From NCBI GenBank assembly GCA_043803685.1, contig JAZDJU010000040.1:23997-87996 (forward strand): DNA of 64,000 nucleotides, read 5' to 3'. Numbering within the stretch: position 1 is the first letter of the stretch; the number at the start of each line of letters is the position of its first letter. Source of the DNA: Candidatus Omnitrophota bacterium (GTDB lineage: Bacteria; Omnitrophota; Omnitrophia; Omnitrophales; Aquincolibacteriaceae). Below, in pieces: positions 26,268-34,813 of this stretch. The position numbers and the translations under genes were made by a program. The notes below the pieces were generated by a model. That model saw only the letters and a list, made by a program, of their open reading frames with translations, was not told the origin of the DNA and searched no databases.

Positions 26268-26780
26268 ATGATGGAAAAATTAATGATAGAAATATTAGAA
26301 AAGTTTCAAGGCGCCTTTTTAGTTTTACTGAGCTCTCTGTTGAGTTTCCTGTTTGCGTTATGGGCATTCAATCATCAGGAAGCGAGAAGAGAAGGAAAAA
26401 ACGAAAAAGATGTTTTAAAGAATTTTCTTAGCGAGATTAAATTAAATGAAATTCGTTGTGGAATGATGGTCGATTCCGAATCATTTAATTTATTCGATAT
26501 CGATGTTCTTAACAGGTTTAAGAATAGCGCGCAATTTTTGAGCAAAGCCATTGCCAAATATGTAATTTTCATTGGACTCGTTAATAATAGCGTTGCTGAT
26601 TTTTTGGATTTCGAGCGATTTTATACTGGTGATGCAAAAAACGGGACTCAAGAAAACGAGAAAGCGTCGAATTCTAAAAGAATCAGACTGCTTGAAAGCC
26701 TGAAAAGTTTCCAAGAAACTTTGGCTATGGCTAAGGCTGATGTCGCGGCTATTTTAGAAAAGGGTAAGATGGGTAAATAA
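26268..26780 (+). CDS. Hypothetical AT-rich protein with N-terminal TM helix
   Basis: ORF fills the gap between intact tRNA and right repeat; start placed after the tRNA. Confidence 0.6.
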   Translation: MMEKLMIEILEKFQGAFLVLLSSLLSFLFALWAFNHQEARREGKNEKDVLKNFLSEIKLNEIRCGMMVDSESFNLFDIDVLNRFKNSAQFLSKAIAKYVIFIGLVNNSVADFLDFERFYTGDAKNGTQENEKASNSKRIRLLESLKSFQETLAMAKADVAAILEKGKMGK

Positions 26781-26782
26781 TT

Positions 26783-26892
26783 ACTGCCCTTTTCCGCCTG
26801 AGGCGGATTCGTCCGCGAGGCGAATCCCCCGATGGACGGATTCGCCTCTGGCGAAGGAGACAAGATTCCTGGTTCGAGTCCAGGCCGGGCAG
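26783..26892 (+). pseudogene. 3' part of split tRNA-Gln (anticodon arm with same 63-nt insert, T arm, acceptor 3' strand)
   Basis: A CTGCC CTTT [63 nt, 26793-26855] GGA GACAA GATT CCTGG TTCGAGT CCAGG CCGGGCA G; CCGGGCA pairs with TGCCCGG at 25823. Confidence 0.85.
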
Positions 26893-26906
26893 TTGTTCTA
26901 GTGAAC

Positions 26907-27033
26907 AACTACTATGCCGTGAGAGTTCAGGGATAACTCTCTACGGCATGGCAGTTTTGCCAGTGCAAAACTACTACGCTGTGACGGCTCAATGAAAGCC
27001 GTCTACCGCGTCGCCGTCTCTGTCGCAGTTTTG
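26907..27033. repeat. Two tandem hairpins with shared architecture
   Basis: AACTACTA TGCCGT GAGAGTT CAGGGAT AACTCTC T ACGGCA / AACTACTA CGCTGT GACGGCT CAATGAA AGCCGTC T ACCGCG. Confidence 0.6.
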
Positions 27034-27056
27034 TAAATGAGGATGTCTGAACTTAC

Positions 27057-27968
27057 ATGAAAAACGGAATGAAGGATAAAACGAAGGAAACGATCGCGGC
27101 GTACGGCTTTCTCATGCCGAACCTGCTCGGGTTCCTTCTGTTCACGTCGATCCCGGTGCTGGCGTCTATGGGACTCAGTTTCGTGAAGTGGGACCTTTTG
27201 TCGGACGGTCCGCAGTTCACGGGGCTTGCGAACTTTATCGAGCTCGTCAAAGACCCGTTCTTCGGGAAGTACTGCTGGAACACGATGGTCCTGATGGTGG
27301 CCATTCCCATCAGTATGACCGGGTCGCTTCTCTTGGCGATCGCGCTCAACCAGAAGCTTAAAGGTACGGTCGTTTTCAGGACGCTCTATTTTCTCCCGAC
27401 CATCTGCTCGGGCGTTGCGATCTTCATGCTCTGGCGTTTGATCTATAATCCCAATTTTGGCCTCTTGAATGGGATGATCGCAAATTTTGGGGATTTGCTG
27501 GGGCTGCATTTGACGGGACCGAACTGGCTAACCGACGAGGCGTGGGCCAAACCGTCTTTTATTATCATGAGTGTGTGGCAATCGATCGGCGGATATAACA
27601 TGATCCTTTATCTCGCGGCGTTGCAGGGGGTGCCGCGGGACCTTTATGACGCCGCGGAAGTGGACGGCGCGAACAACTGGCAGAAGTTCTGGAACGTGAC
27701 CTGGCCGCAGATCTCACCGACGACCTTTTTTATCGCGACCATGAGCTTGATCGGCGGGTTCCAGGCGGGGTTCGACCAGGCGTACATCATGACGGGCGGC
27801 GGGCCGAACGGGTCCACGACGACGATCATTTATTACATTTTCAACAACGCGTTCGAATGGTACCGCATGGGATACGCGGCCGCTATTTCGTGGGTCCTGT
27901 TCCTGATCATTTTTGCCGCGACGGTCGTGAAATGGCGTTTTTTCGGCAAGTCGGTCCATTACACCTGA
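27057..27968 (+). CDS. Carbohydrate ABC transporter permease (MalF/UgpA-like)
   Basis: LYDAAEVDGA EAA loop, MTGGGP, MGYAAAI. Confidence 0.9.
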   Translation: MKNGMKDKTKETIAAYGFLMPNLLGFLLFTSIPVLASMGLSFVKWDLLSDGPQFTGLANFIELVKDPFFGKYCWNTMVLMVAIPISMTGSLLLAIALNQKLKGTVVFRTLYFLPTICSGVAIFMLWRLIYNPNFGLLNGMIANFGDLLGLHLTGPNWLTDEAWAKPSFIIMSVWQSIGGYNMILYLAALQGVPRDLYDAAEVDGANNWQKFWNVTWPQISPTTFFIATMSLIGGFQAGFDQAYIMTGGGPNGSTTTIIYYIFNNAFEWYRMGYAAAISWVLFLIIFAATVVKWRFFGKSVHYT

Positions 27969-27977
27969 GGAAAAATT

Positions 27978-28934
27978 ATGGGAACGCATATCGATCAGTT
28001 GATCCATGAAGAGATGAAGCAAGAGATCGCCGCGTCCGCTTCCCGATCCAAAAAGAAAAGAGTCGTGAAGGTGGTGACCGAGCTCAAGGAAAAGTCTCCT
28101 TTAAAGAGGAGACTCCAGCGTGCGGTGCTTTTTGTGGCGCTTTCGGTGGGGGCGGTAAGTATGGCCGCGCCATTCCTTTGGATGATCTCAACCTCGCTCG
28201 CTGATGCGGGACAGGTGTTTGCCGAGAACCGTCCGTGGTGGCAGGAATGGTTGCCCACCACTTTCGTATGGCAGAATTATGTCCGGGTCTGGGCCGTGGT
28301 CCCATTCGCGCAGTTTTTTCTGAATTCCATCTTTGTCAGTCTTTGCATCACGTTCGGGCAGGTCGTCACGAGTTCGATGGCCGCGTACGCGTTCGCGCGC
28401 TTGAATTTTCCGGGCCGCGACAGGCTCTTTTTCGGTTATCTCGCGACCATGATGATCCCTGGCGCGGTGACTATGATCCCAGTCTTTATCCTGCTCCGCC
28501 ATTTTGGCTGGATCGACACGTACAAGGCTCTGATCCTTCCTGGGATCTTTACCGCTTACGGGACGTTCATGCTGCGGCAGTTCTTTCTCACGCTGCCCAA
28601 GGATCTGGAAGACGCCGCGAAGATCGACGGATGCTCGTATGTCCGTATTTTCTGGCATATCATTCTTCCGCTTTCAAAACCGGCCCTCGCGACCTTGACC
28701 ACGTTTACATTCATGGGGTCGTGGATGAACCTGATGTGGCCTTTGATCGTGGTGAATACGCACACGAAATACACGCTGCCGGTTGGACTGGCTTATTTTC
28801 AGGGAGTGCACGGCACGGACTGGACGCTCCTCATGGCGGCATCGATGATGATGGTCCTGCCGATCTTGATCGTCTTTTTATTCAATCAACGGTTCTTTGT
28901 TGAAGGTATCAAGCTAACCGGGATCAAGGGATAA
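27978..28934 (+). CDS. Carbohydrate ABC transporter permease (MalG/UgpE-like)
   Basis: LEDAAKIDG EAA loop, ILPLSKPALAT, FVEGI..GIKG. Confidence 0.9.
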   Translation: MGTHIDQLIHEEMKQEIAASASRSKKKRVVKVVTELKEKSPLKRRLQRAVLFVALSVGAVSMAAPFLWMISTSLADAGQVFAENRPWWQEWLPTTFVWQNYVRVWAVVPFAQFFLNSIFVSLCITFGQVVTSSMAAYAFARLNFPGRDRLFFGYLATMMIPGAVTMIPVFILLRHFGWIDTYKALILPGIFTAYGTFMLRQFFLTLPKDLEDAAKIDGCSYVRIFWHIILPLSKPALATLTTFTFMGSWMNLMWPLIVVNTHTKYTLPVGLAYFQGVHGTDWTLLMAASMMMVLPILIVFLFNQRFFVEGIKLTGIKG

Positions 28935-28940
28935 TCTTTC

Positions 28941-30191
28941 ATGGAAGCGATCGTGCTCGCGGCGGGAAAAGGAACGCGGATGTGTTCCGAGCTGCCGAAA
29001 GTCCTGCATCCGGTGTTCGGAAAGCCCGTGCTCGGATACGTGCTCGAGACTTTGGCCGGTGCCGGGATCAAGAACCTCCTGGTGGTCGTGGGCCACAAGG
29101 CCGATGAAGTGCGTTCCTTCGCGAAAAATTATGGCGCGACCTCGGTGCTTCAGCGCGAGCAAAAAGGGACCGGCCACGCGGTGATGATGGCCAAGGCCGC
29201 GATTAAACAGGCGCAAGGTCCTGTGCTGGTTTGGCCGGGGGATATGCCGCTTGTGAAGGCGGAAACGCTTACGAAGTTTCTGGCGGCGCATAAAAAGTCG
29301 CAGGCGCATGTGAGTGTTCTGTCCTGTATCCAGAACGACCCGTTCGGTTATGGAAGGATCGTGAGAGAAGAAGGGCATTTTGCCGCGATCCGCGAAGAGC
29401 TGGACGCCACGCCCGAAGAGCGCGCGATCCGGGAAGTGAATACCGGTATCTATCTTTTTGATAAAAAAGTTTTGTTTGAAGCTCTGGGAAAGATCGGACA
29501 GAACAATCAAAAGGGCGAGTATTATTTGACGGACACTGTGGAAATTCTCCGGCGCGAAGGTTATTGCGTGGAGGCTTTCGCGCTTGCGGACGCGGAAGAA
29601 GGGCAGGGGATCAATTCCCAGAATGATCTGGCCGCCGTGACGAAAAAGATCAATGAACGGGAGATCGCCAAGCACCAGGGAAAAGGCGTGACGTTCATGG
29701 CTCCCGAGCAGACCTTTGTGGCGCCGGGCGTGAAGATCGGCAAAGGTGCGACGATCTATCCGTGGTGTTTCATTGAAGGTGGGGTCGAGATCGGTGCGGG
29801 AAGTGAGATCGGTCCTTTCGCGAAGATCCGCCGCGGCACCGTGATCGGCGACGGCGCGGTGATCGGGAGTTTTGTCGAGGTGAACCGGAGCCGTCTCGGG
29901 AAAAAAGTTTCAGCCAAGCATTTGACTTATTTGGGGGACGCGGTGATCGGCGACGGTGTGAATATCGGAGCCGGGACGGTCACGGCGAATTTTGACGGAA
30001 AGAAGAAGCACCCGACCGTGATCGGGAAAAATGTGATGGTGGGTTCTAATACGGTCTTTGTGGCGCCTGTCCGCATCCCGGATGGAGTAAAAACGGGCGC
30101 GGGGTCCGTGGTGATCTCAAAAATTAAAATTAAAAAAGGGGATGTGGTCGTCGGCGTTCCAGCCCGGCCCGTCTCGAAGAAGAAAAGGTAG
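28941..30191 (+). CDS. glmU: Bifunctional UDP-GlcNAc pyrophosphorylase / GlcN-1-P acetyltransferase
   Basis: VLAAGKGTRM..LPKVLH, GEYYLTD, HLTYLGDA, hexapeptide repeats. Confidence 0.92.
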   Translation: MEAIVLAAGKGTRMCSELPKVLHPVFGKPVLGYVLETLAGAGIKNLLVVVGHKADEVRSFAKNYGATSVLQREQKGTGHAVMMAKAAIKQAQGPVLVWPGDMPLVKAETLTKFLAAHKKSQAHVSVLSCIQNDPFGYGRIVREEGHFAAIREELDATPEERAIREVNTGIYLFDKKVLFEALGKIGQNNQKGEYYLTDTVEILRREGYCVEAFALADAEEGQGINSQNDLAAVTKKINEREIAKHQGKGVTFMAPEQTFVAPGVKIGKGATIYPWCFIEGGVEIGAGSEIGPFAKIRRGTVIGDGAVIGSFVEVNRSRLGKKVSAKHLTYLGDAVIGDGVNIGAGTVTANFDGKKKHPTVIGKNVMVGSNTVFVAPVRIPDGVKTGAGSVVISKIKIKKGDVVVGVPARPVSKKKR

Positions 30192-30199
30192 GTATTTTT

Positions 30200-31177
30200 A
30201 TGGCGAGGATCCAGAAGAAACAGAACGGGGATATGGTGCTTTTAACGGGGAGCTCTCATCCCGAGCTTGCCAAGGAGATCGCAAGGCATCTCCGAATTCC
30301 GCTCGGCGATGTGTTGCTCGGTCGCTTTCCAGAAGGCGAGATCCAGCTCCAGATCCGCGATAATATTCGCGGCAAGGACGTTTTTATCGTTCAGCCGACC
30401 TGCACGCCGCCCAACGAGAGTTTGATGGAGCTTTTGATCCTGATCGACGCCGCGCGCCGAGCCTCGGCCAAGCGCATCACGGCGGTGTTGCCGTTCTTTG
30501 GTTACGCCCGTCAGGACCGCAAGGACAAACCGCGTGTTCCGATCACGGCGAAACTTGTCGCAAATCTGATCGTGAGCGCCGGCGCGAACCGTGTGCTTGC
30601 GATGGATCTTCACGCGGGACAGATCCAGGGATTCTTCGATATTCCGGTGGACCATCTCTATTCGATCACCGTGATGGGAAGCTATTTCAAAAAAAAGAAG
30701 ATCAAGGACCTCGTCGTGGTTTCGCCTGACGTGGGCGGGATCAAAATGGCGCGCGGGTATGCCAAGCTTTTCGATTGCGATTTCGCGATCGTGGACAAAC
30801 GGCGCGAAAGCGCGTCCCAGACGCATGTGATGCACATCATCGGCTCCGTGGAGGGGAAGAACGTCATCATTATTGATGACATGATCTCGACCGGTGGATC
30901 ACTCGTCGAAGCCGCCAAAGCCCTCAAGAAAGCGGGCGCATTGGACATCTATGCTAATATTGTCCACCCTGTTCTGGCCGGTCAGGCCGTGGAGAGGATC
31001 CGGGACTCTGTGATCAAGGAACTGATTGTGACCAACAGTATCCCGCTCGGGAAAGAAAAACGGATCAAAAAGATCACGCAGCTTTCGATCGCCTCGCTTT
31101 TAGCGGACGCGATCTGCAGGATCCATTATAACGAATCGATCAGCAGTCTTTTTTCAAGTGCAGGAGTTGAAGCATAG
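30200..31177 (+). CDS. prs: Ribose-phosphate pyrophosphokinase
   Basis: YARQDRK, MDLHAGQIQGFF, VSPDVGG, DDMISTGG. Confidence 0.96.
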   Translation: MARIQKKQNGDMVLLTGSSHPELAKEIARHLRIPLGDVLLGRFPEGEIQLQIRDNIRGKDVFIVQPTCTPPNESLMELLILIDAARRASAKRITAVLPFFGYARQDRKDKPRVPITAKLVANLIVSAGANRVLAMDLHAGQIQGFFDIPVDHLYSITVMGSYFKKKKIKDLVVVSPDVGGIKMARGYAKLFDCDFAIVDKRRESASQTHVMHIIGSVEGKNVIIIDDMISTGGSLVEAAKALKKAGALDIYANIVHPVLAGQAVERIRDSVIKELIVTNSIPLGKEKRIKKITQLSIASLLADAICRIHYNESISSLFSSAGVEA

Positions 31178-31244
31178 CAGCATAAACCGAACGAGAGGGA
31201 AGTCACTTCCGTCTTAATCACAGGACATCAAGGAGGAATTTTCA

Positions 31245-31967
31245 ATGCAAACCATCGAATTGCAGGCTAAACCACGCACTCCCAACGGGACCAGCAAGGC
31301 ACGCGGGGTCCGTCGCAACGAAATGTTTCCGGCCATCGTCTACGGCCACGGCATGAAGCCGCTCGCGATCGAAGTTCAGGATAAGGCCTTTCTCAAGGCC
31401 GTCCACACCAAGGCCGGCGCCAACGTCCTGATCACGCTTCAGGTCGAAGGCGTGAAGCTGAAGGAATCCACGTGCCGTATCAAGGCTATTCAGAGCAATC
31501 CTATTACCGACAAGATCGACCATATTGATTTTATGGTCATTTCGTTGACGGAAAAGATCAAGGTGAAGGTGCCGGTGATCCTTCTTCATGTTGAAGACGC
31601 GCCCGGTATCAAGGAAGGCGGATCGCCTGATCTGGTGCATCGTGAGATCGAGATCGAATGTTTGCCGACCCAGATCCCGGAAAAGATCGAGATCGAGACA
31701 AAGGCCATGAAGATCAATGATGCCGTTCATGCCAAAGATCTGATCCTACCGCAAGGCCTTGTTTGCCTGCTCCAGCCTGAGGAAGTGGTTTTCGCGATCC
31801 ATCCTCCTCGTGAGGAAGAAGTGAAGCCCACCGAAGAGGGTGGCGCGGAACCTGAGGTCATGGAAAAGGGTAAGAAAGAGAAGGAAGGCGAGGAAGGGGC
31901 GGCTCCTGCGAAGGCCGCGCCTGCTGCCGGAAAACCTGCCGCGGCACCTGCCAAGGACGCTAAGTAA
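31245..31967 (+). CDS. rplY: 50S ribosomal protein L25/Ctc
   Basis: PAIVYG, HIDF, ECLPTQIPEKI. Confidence 0.93.
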   Translation: MQTIELQAKPRTPNGTSKARGVRRNEMFPAIVYGHGMKPLAIEVQDKAFLKAVHTKAGANVLITLQVEGVKLKESTCRIKAIQSNPITDKIDHIDFMVISLTEKIKVKVPVILLHVEDAPGIKEGGSPDLVHREIEIECLPTQIPEKIEIETKAMKINDAVHAKDLILPQGLVCLLQPEEVVFAIHPPREEEVKPTEEGGAEPEVMEKGKKEKEGEEGAAPAKAAPAAGKPAAAPAKDAK

Positions 31968-31979
31968 CGACGATGGATC

Positions 31980-32009
31980 TCTCGAGGGACGCGTGAGCGC
32001 CCCTCGAGA
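31980..32009 (+). terminator. Hairpin after rplY
   Basis: TCTCGAGGG ACGC GTGA GCGC CCCTCGAGA. Confidence 0.4.
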
Positions 32010-32025
32010 AGGTCCTGAGGTTCTG

Positions 32026-32628
32026 ATGAAACTCATCATTGGGCTTGGAAATCCAGGGGATGAATATGTCCGTACGCGACATAACATCGGCCGGCGGCTC
32101 ATGGAGTTCATCGCGGGAGAAGAAAAGGCGAAGTTCGCCTTTAAGAAATCCCGGTGCTCGGCCGAGACTCCCGTCTCGTGGAGCGGCGAGACACTTTATC
32201 TGGCATTCCCCATGACCTACATGAATCTTTCCGGGGCGGCGGTTGCTGCGCTTGTCAGATATTGGAAAGTCTCCGCGGACAAAGACCTCTTGGTGGTGGT
32301 CGATGACGTCGCGCTTCCATTCGGAAAATTCCGTTTGCGCGGCGAAGGAAGTTCGGGGGGGCACAATGGTCTCGCTTCGATCGAAGAACATCTCGGGAGT
32401 CGAAAATATCAAAGGCTCCGCGTCGGGATCGGTTCTTCTGGAGACAGGACGGAGACGGGATCAGTCGGGTTCGAAGGAGTGCTTCGGGATTATGTTCTCT
32501 CATCTTTTTCTGTTACCGAAGAGAAAAAAATGAGCGGGCTTCTTGAAAAAGGAATGGAAGCGTGCCGCGTTTGGGCCGGGGAACCTCTGACGAAGGCCAT
32601 GAGCCGGATCAACGCGATGGCTTTATAG
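32026..32628 (+). CDS. pth: Peptidyl-tRNA hydrolase
   Basis: MKLIIGLGNPG, TRHNIG, TYMNLSG, GGHNGL. Confidence 0.95.
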   Translation: MKLIIGLGNPGDEYVRTRHNIGRRLMEFIAGEEKAKFAFKKSRCSAETPVSWSGETLYLAFPMTYMNLSGAAVAALVRYWKVSADKDLLVVVDDVALPFGKFRLRGEGSSGGHNGLASIEEHLGSRKYQRLRVGIGSSGDRTETGSVGFEGVLRDYVLSSFSVTEEKKMSGLLEKGMEACRVWAGEPLTKAMSRINAMAL

Positions 32629-32657
32629 AGGCTGTTTGGGGTGCCCGCCATGGGAAA

Positions 32658-32789
32658 ATCCTGATTTCTGCATCATAAAAGAAAATGAAAGTCAGGGTTG
32701 CCCAGGGTCTTTTATTCATTTCCAGGTGGTTGACCCTGGACTATCCTGACTTCTGTATCATAAAAGAAAATGAAAGTCAGGGTTGCCCA
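32658..32789. repeat. 47-nt direct repeat pair separated by a 38-nt hairpin (A-B-A hairpins)
   Basis: ATCCTGAYTTCTGYATCATAAAAGAAAATGAAAGTCAGGGTTGCCCA at 32658 and 32743; middle CCAGGGTC..GACCCTGG. Confidence 0.8.
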
Positions 32790-32936
32790 AGTAAAGCATT
32801 TGTGTTACATTGTCACCTCTTTTAGCCCTCTCCATGGGCCAAAAACTTCATAACTGCTTCTGTAGCTTCTGCTTATGAAACTTACGGGAAGAGTTATCAT
32901 TTTAATCTGGAATTGCGCTAGACACTGAGGGAGTGT

Positions 32937-33287
32937 GTGATGAAAAAATACGAAGGGTTGTTCATTTTTCCGCCGGAGATCACGGGCGAGTCTCACAAGG
33001 ATCCTGCCGCGGAAGTCGTGAAATGGATCGAGAAGTACCAGGGCAAAGTGATCCAGAAAACCGATCTCGGGAAAAAGACGTTGGGCCATATGATCGGGAA
33101 GTATAAAGACGGCCGGACGTTCGTGTTCGAGTTCGAGATGGATCCTTCCCGGACGCAGGATTTTCGTAAGGAACTTGAGCTTCAGGAGAACCTTTTGAAA
33201 TACATGGTGAGCATTCCTGCCAAAAAGCCGGCGTTGCCGCCTCTTGCAACCACGCCCGTGACTCCTGTCGCGGCGCCTAAAGTATAA
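32937..33287 (+). CDS. rpsF: 30S ribosomal protein S6
   Basis: KYEGLFIF, LGKKTLGHMI; position before ssb-rpsR-rplI. Confidence 0.88.
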   Translation: MMKKYEGLFIFPPEITGESHKDPAAEVVKWIEKYQGKVIQKTDLGKKTLGHMIGKYKDGRTFVFEFEMDPSRTQDFRKELELQENLLKYMVSIPAKKPALPPLATTPVTPVAAPKV

Positions 33288-33314
33288 TTCATCTAACGCG
33301 CGAGATATTGACCT

Positions 33315-33800
33315 ATGGCCGTAAGTTTGAATAAAGTCATGTTGATCGGGAATCTCACCCGGGATCCGGAACTCCGGTATATCCCTTCGGGACAGGCCGT
33401 GACGACTTTTACGATCGCGGTCAACCGTACGTTCAACTCCAAGGCCGGAGAAAAAAAAGAAGAAGTTTGTTTTATCCGGATCGTGGTCTGGGCGCGTCTC
33501 GCGGAGATCTGCAATGAATACTTGAAAAAAGGTCGCCCTGTTTTCGTGGAAGGAAGGATCCAGACACGGAGTTGGGATGGACCGGATGGTAATAAACGGT
33601 ACTCCACGGAAGTCGTCGCTGACAATGTCCAGTTCCTCGGCTCGAAACCCGGAAGCGGGAAGGGCGAGGGCTCTGACGTGCCGGCCATGGATGTGGATGA
33701 CAGCATTTTTGAAGCCCCGGAGGGCGGCATGCCTTCCAAAAAGGGTTCCGTCTCCCTTTCAAAGGACGAACTTAAACCCGACGAAGAAATTCCCTTCTAA
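33315..33800 (+). CDS. ssb: Single-stranded DNA-binding protein
   Basis: LNKVMLIGNLTRDPELRY, C-terminal EEIPF. Confidence 0.96.
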   Translation: MAVSLNKVMLIGNLTRDPELRYIPSGQAVTTFTIAVNRTFNSKAGEKKEEVCFIRIVVWARLAEICNEYLKKGRPVFVEGRIQTRSWDGPDGNKRYSTEVVADNVQFLGSKPGSGKGEGSDVPAMDVDDSIFEAPEGGMPSKKGSVSLSKDELKPDEEIPF

Positions 33801-33898
33801 TACCGCGTTACTATTGATTTTTTACGGGTTCGCAGCATTGTACCGTTAACCCGTAAGAAAAATAAAAAACGGTGCTAAATCAGCCAGGTGTGAAAGAT

Positions 33899-34216
33899 AT
33901 GAAACCGAGATCTTCTAAGTTTGGAAAATTTGAAAAGAAAAAACCTTTCGACAAGAATGCCCGCGGTCCGAAAAAAGGCGAAAAGGGCTACGGTTCTCCC
34001 GTCCGGACTCCTTCGCGCGCGCCGCGTAAGCGGATGCGCCGTGTGCTTCCTCACATGGATTACAAGGATGTGGAAGCTCTCGGGAAATATGTTACTGAAA
34101 AGGGCAAGATCCTGCCGCGTCGTATCACGCGCTTGAGCTCGAAGGACCAGCGGACGCTCACGCGTCTCATCAAGAAGTCGCGTCACTCGGGGCTTCTGGC
34201 GTTCCAGGCGAATTGA
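33899..34216 (+). CDS. rpsR: 30S ribosomal protein S18 (Cys-less, N-terminally extended)
   Basis: [23 protein letters not shown]...IKKSR..GLL. Confidence 0.9.
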   Translation: MKPRSSKFGKFEKKKPFDKNARGPKKGEKGYGSPVRTPSRAPRKRMRRVLPHMDYKDVEALGKYVTEKGKILPRRITRLSSKDQRTLTRLIKKSRHSGLLAFQAN

Positions 34217-34260
34217 TCGCCCGGCCACTTTAAAAATATAGAAAAAAGAGGAATCGATCC

Positions 34261-34716
34261 ATGGAGTTATTGCTTCTGAAGAATGTGGCGGATGTCGGAA
34301 AAAAAGGCGATGTCGTGCGTGTGCGTGACGGGTTTGCGCGGAATTTCCTGCTCCCTCAAGATCTCGCGATCCCGGCGACCCGCGCCAACAAACAATTCTT
34401 TGCGGAAAAGCGCGCCCGGAATACCGTGCGTAAAGCCAAGGAAAAAGAAGCGGCCGAGAAGCGCGCCAAGGATATGAAGGATCTGACGATCTCGATCGAG
34501 GTCAAGGCGGGCGAGGGGGATAAGCTTTATGGTTCCGTGACGGCTGAAGATCTTCGCGTGGCGCTTGAAAAGATGGGGCACGCTTTTGAAAAGAAGCAGA
34601 TCCGGATCAAAGATCCCTTGAAGACCTTGGGATCCCACCAGGTCGATCTGGAGATCTACCCGCAAGTCAAGACGCGTCTGACGGTCGAGCTCATTCGCAG
34701 TTCCGAACCGCAATAA
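34261..34716 (+). CDS. rplI: 50S ribosomal protein L9
   Basis: GKKGDVVRVRDGFARNFLLP, KLYGSVT. Confidence 0.95.
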   Translation: MELLLLKNVADVGKKGDVVRVRDGFARNFLLPQDLAIPATRANKQFFAEKRARNTVRKAKEKEAAEKRAKDMKDLTISIEVKAGEGDKLYGSVTAEDLRVALEKMGHAFEKKQIRIKDPLKTLGSHQVDLEIYPQVKTRLTVELIRSSEPQ

Positions 34717-34813
34717 TTTTAGAGAAATCAGGCAAGGAATCCCGGACGGTTCTCTTCAGCGTTTATAATAAGGGAGATCGGCCGGCCGTTTTAGTTCCCC
34801 TCTGAGGTCATTT

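Larger units (their letters stand above)
25847..26867 (+). mobile_element. 936-bp cassette in tRNA-Gln bounded by 85-bp direct repeats
   Basis: 25847-25931 equals 26783-26867 except one mismatch (G25924/A26860); encloses GIY-YIG gene, intact tRNA-Gln and an ORFan. Confidence 0.75.

Noticed and set aside
32658..32789. CRISPR mini-array (47-nt repeats, 38-nt spacer)
   Set aside because: Only two repeats, no cas genes in the window, and the 'spacer' is itself a hairpin of the same dispersed family.
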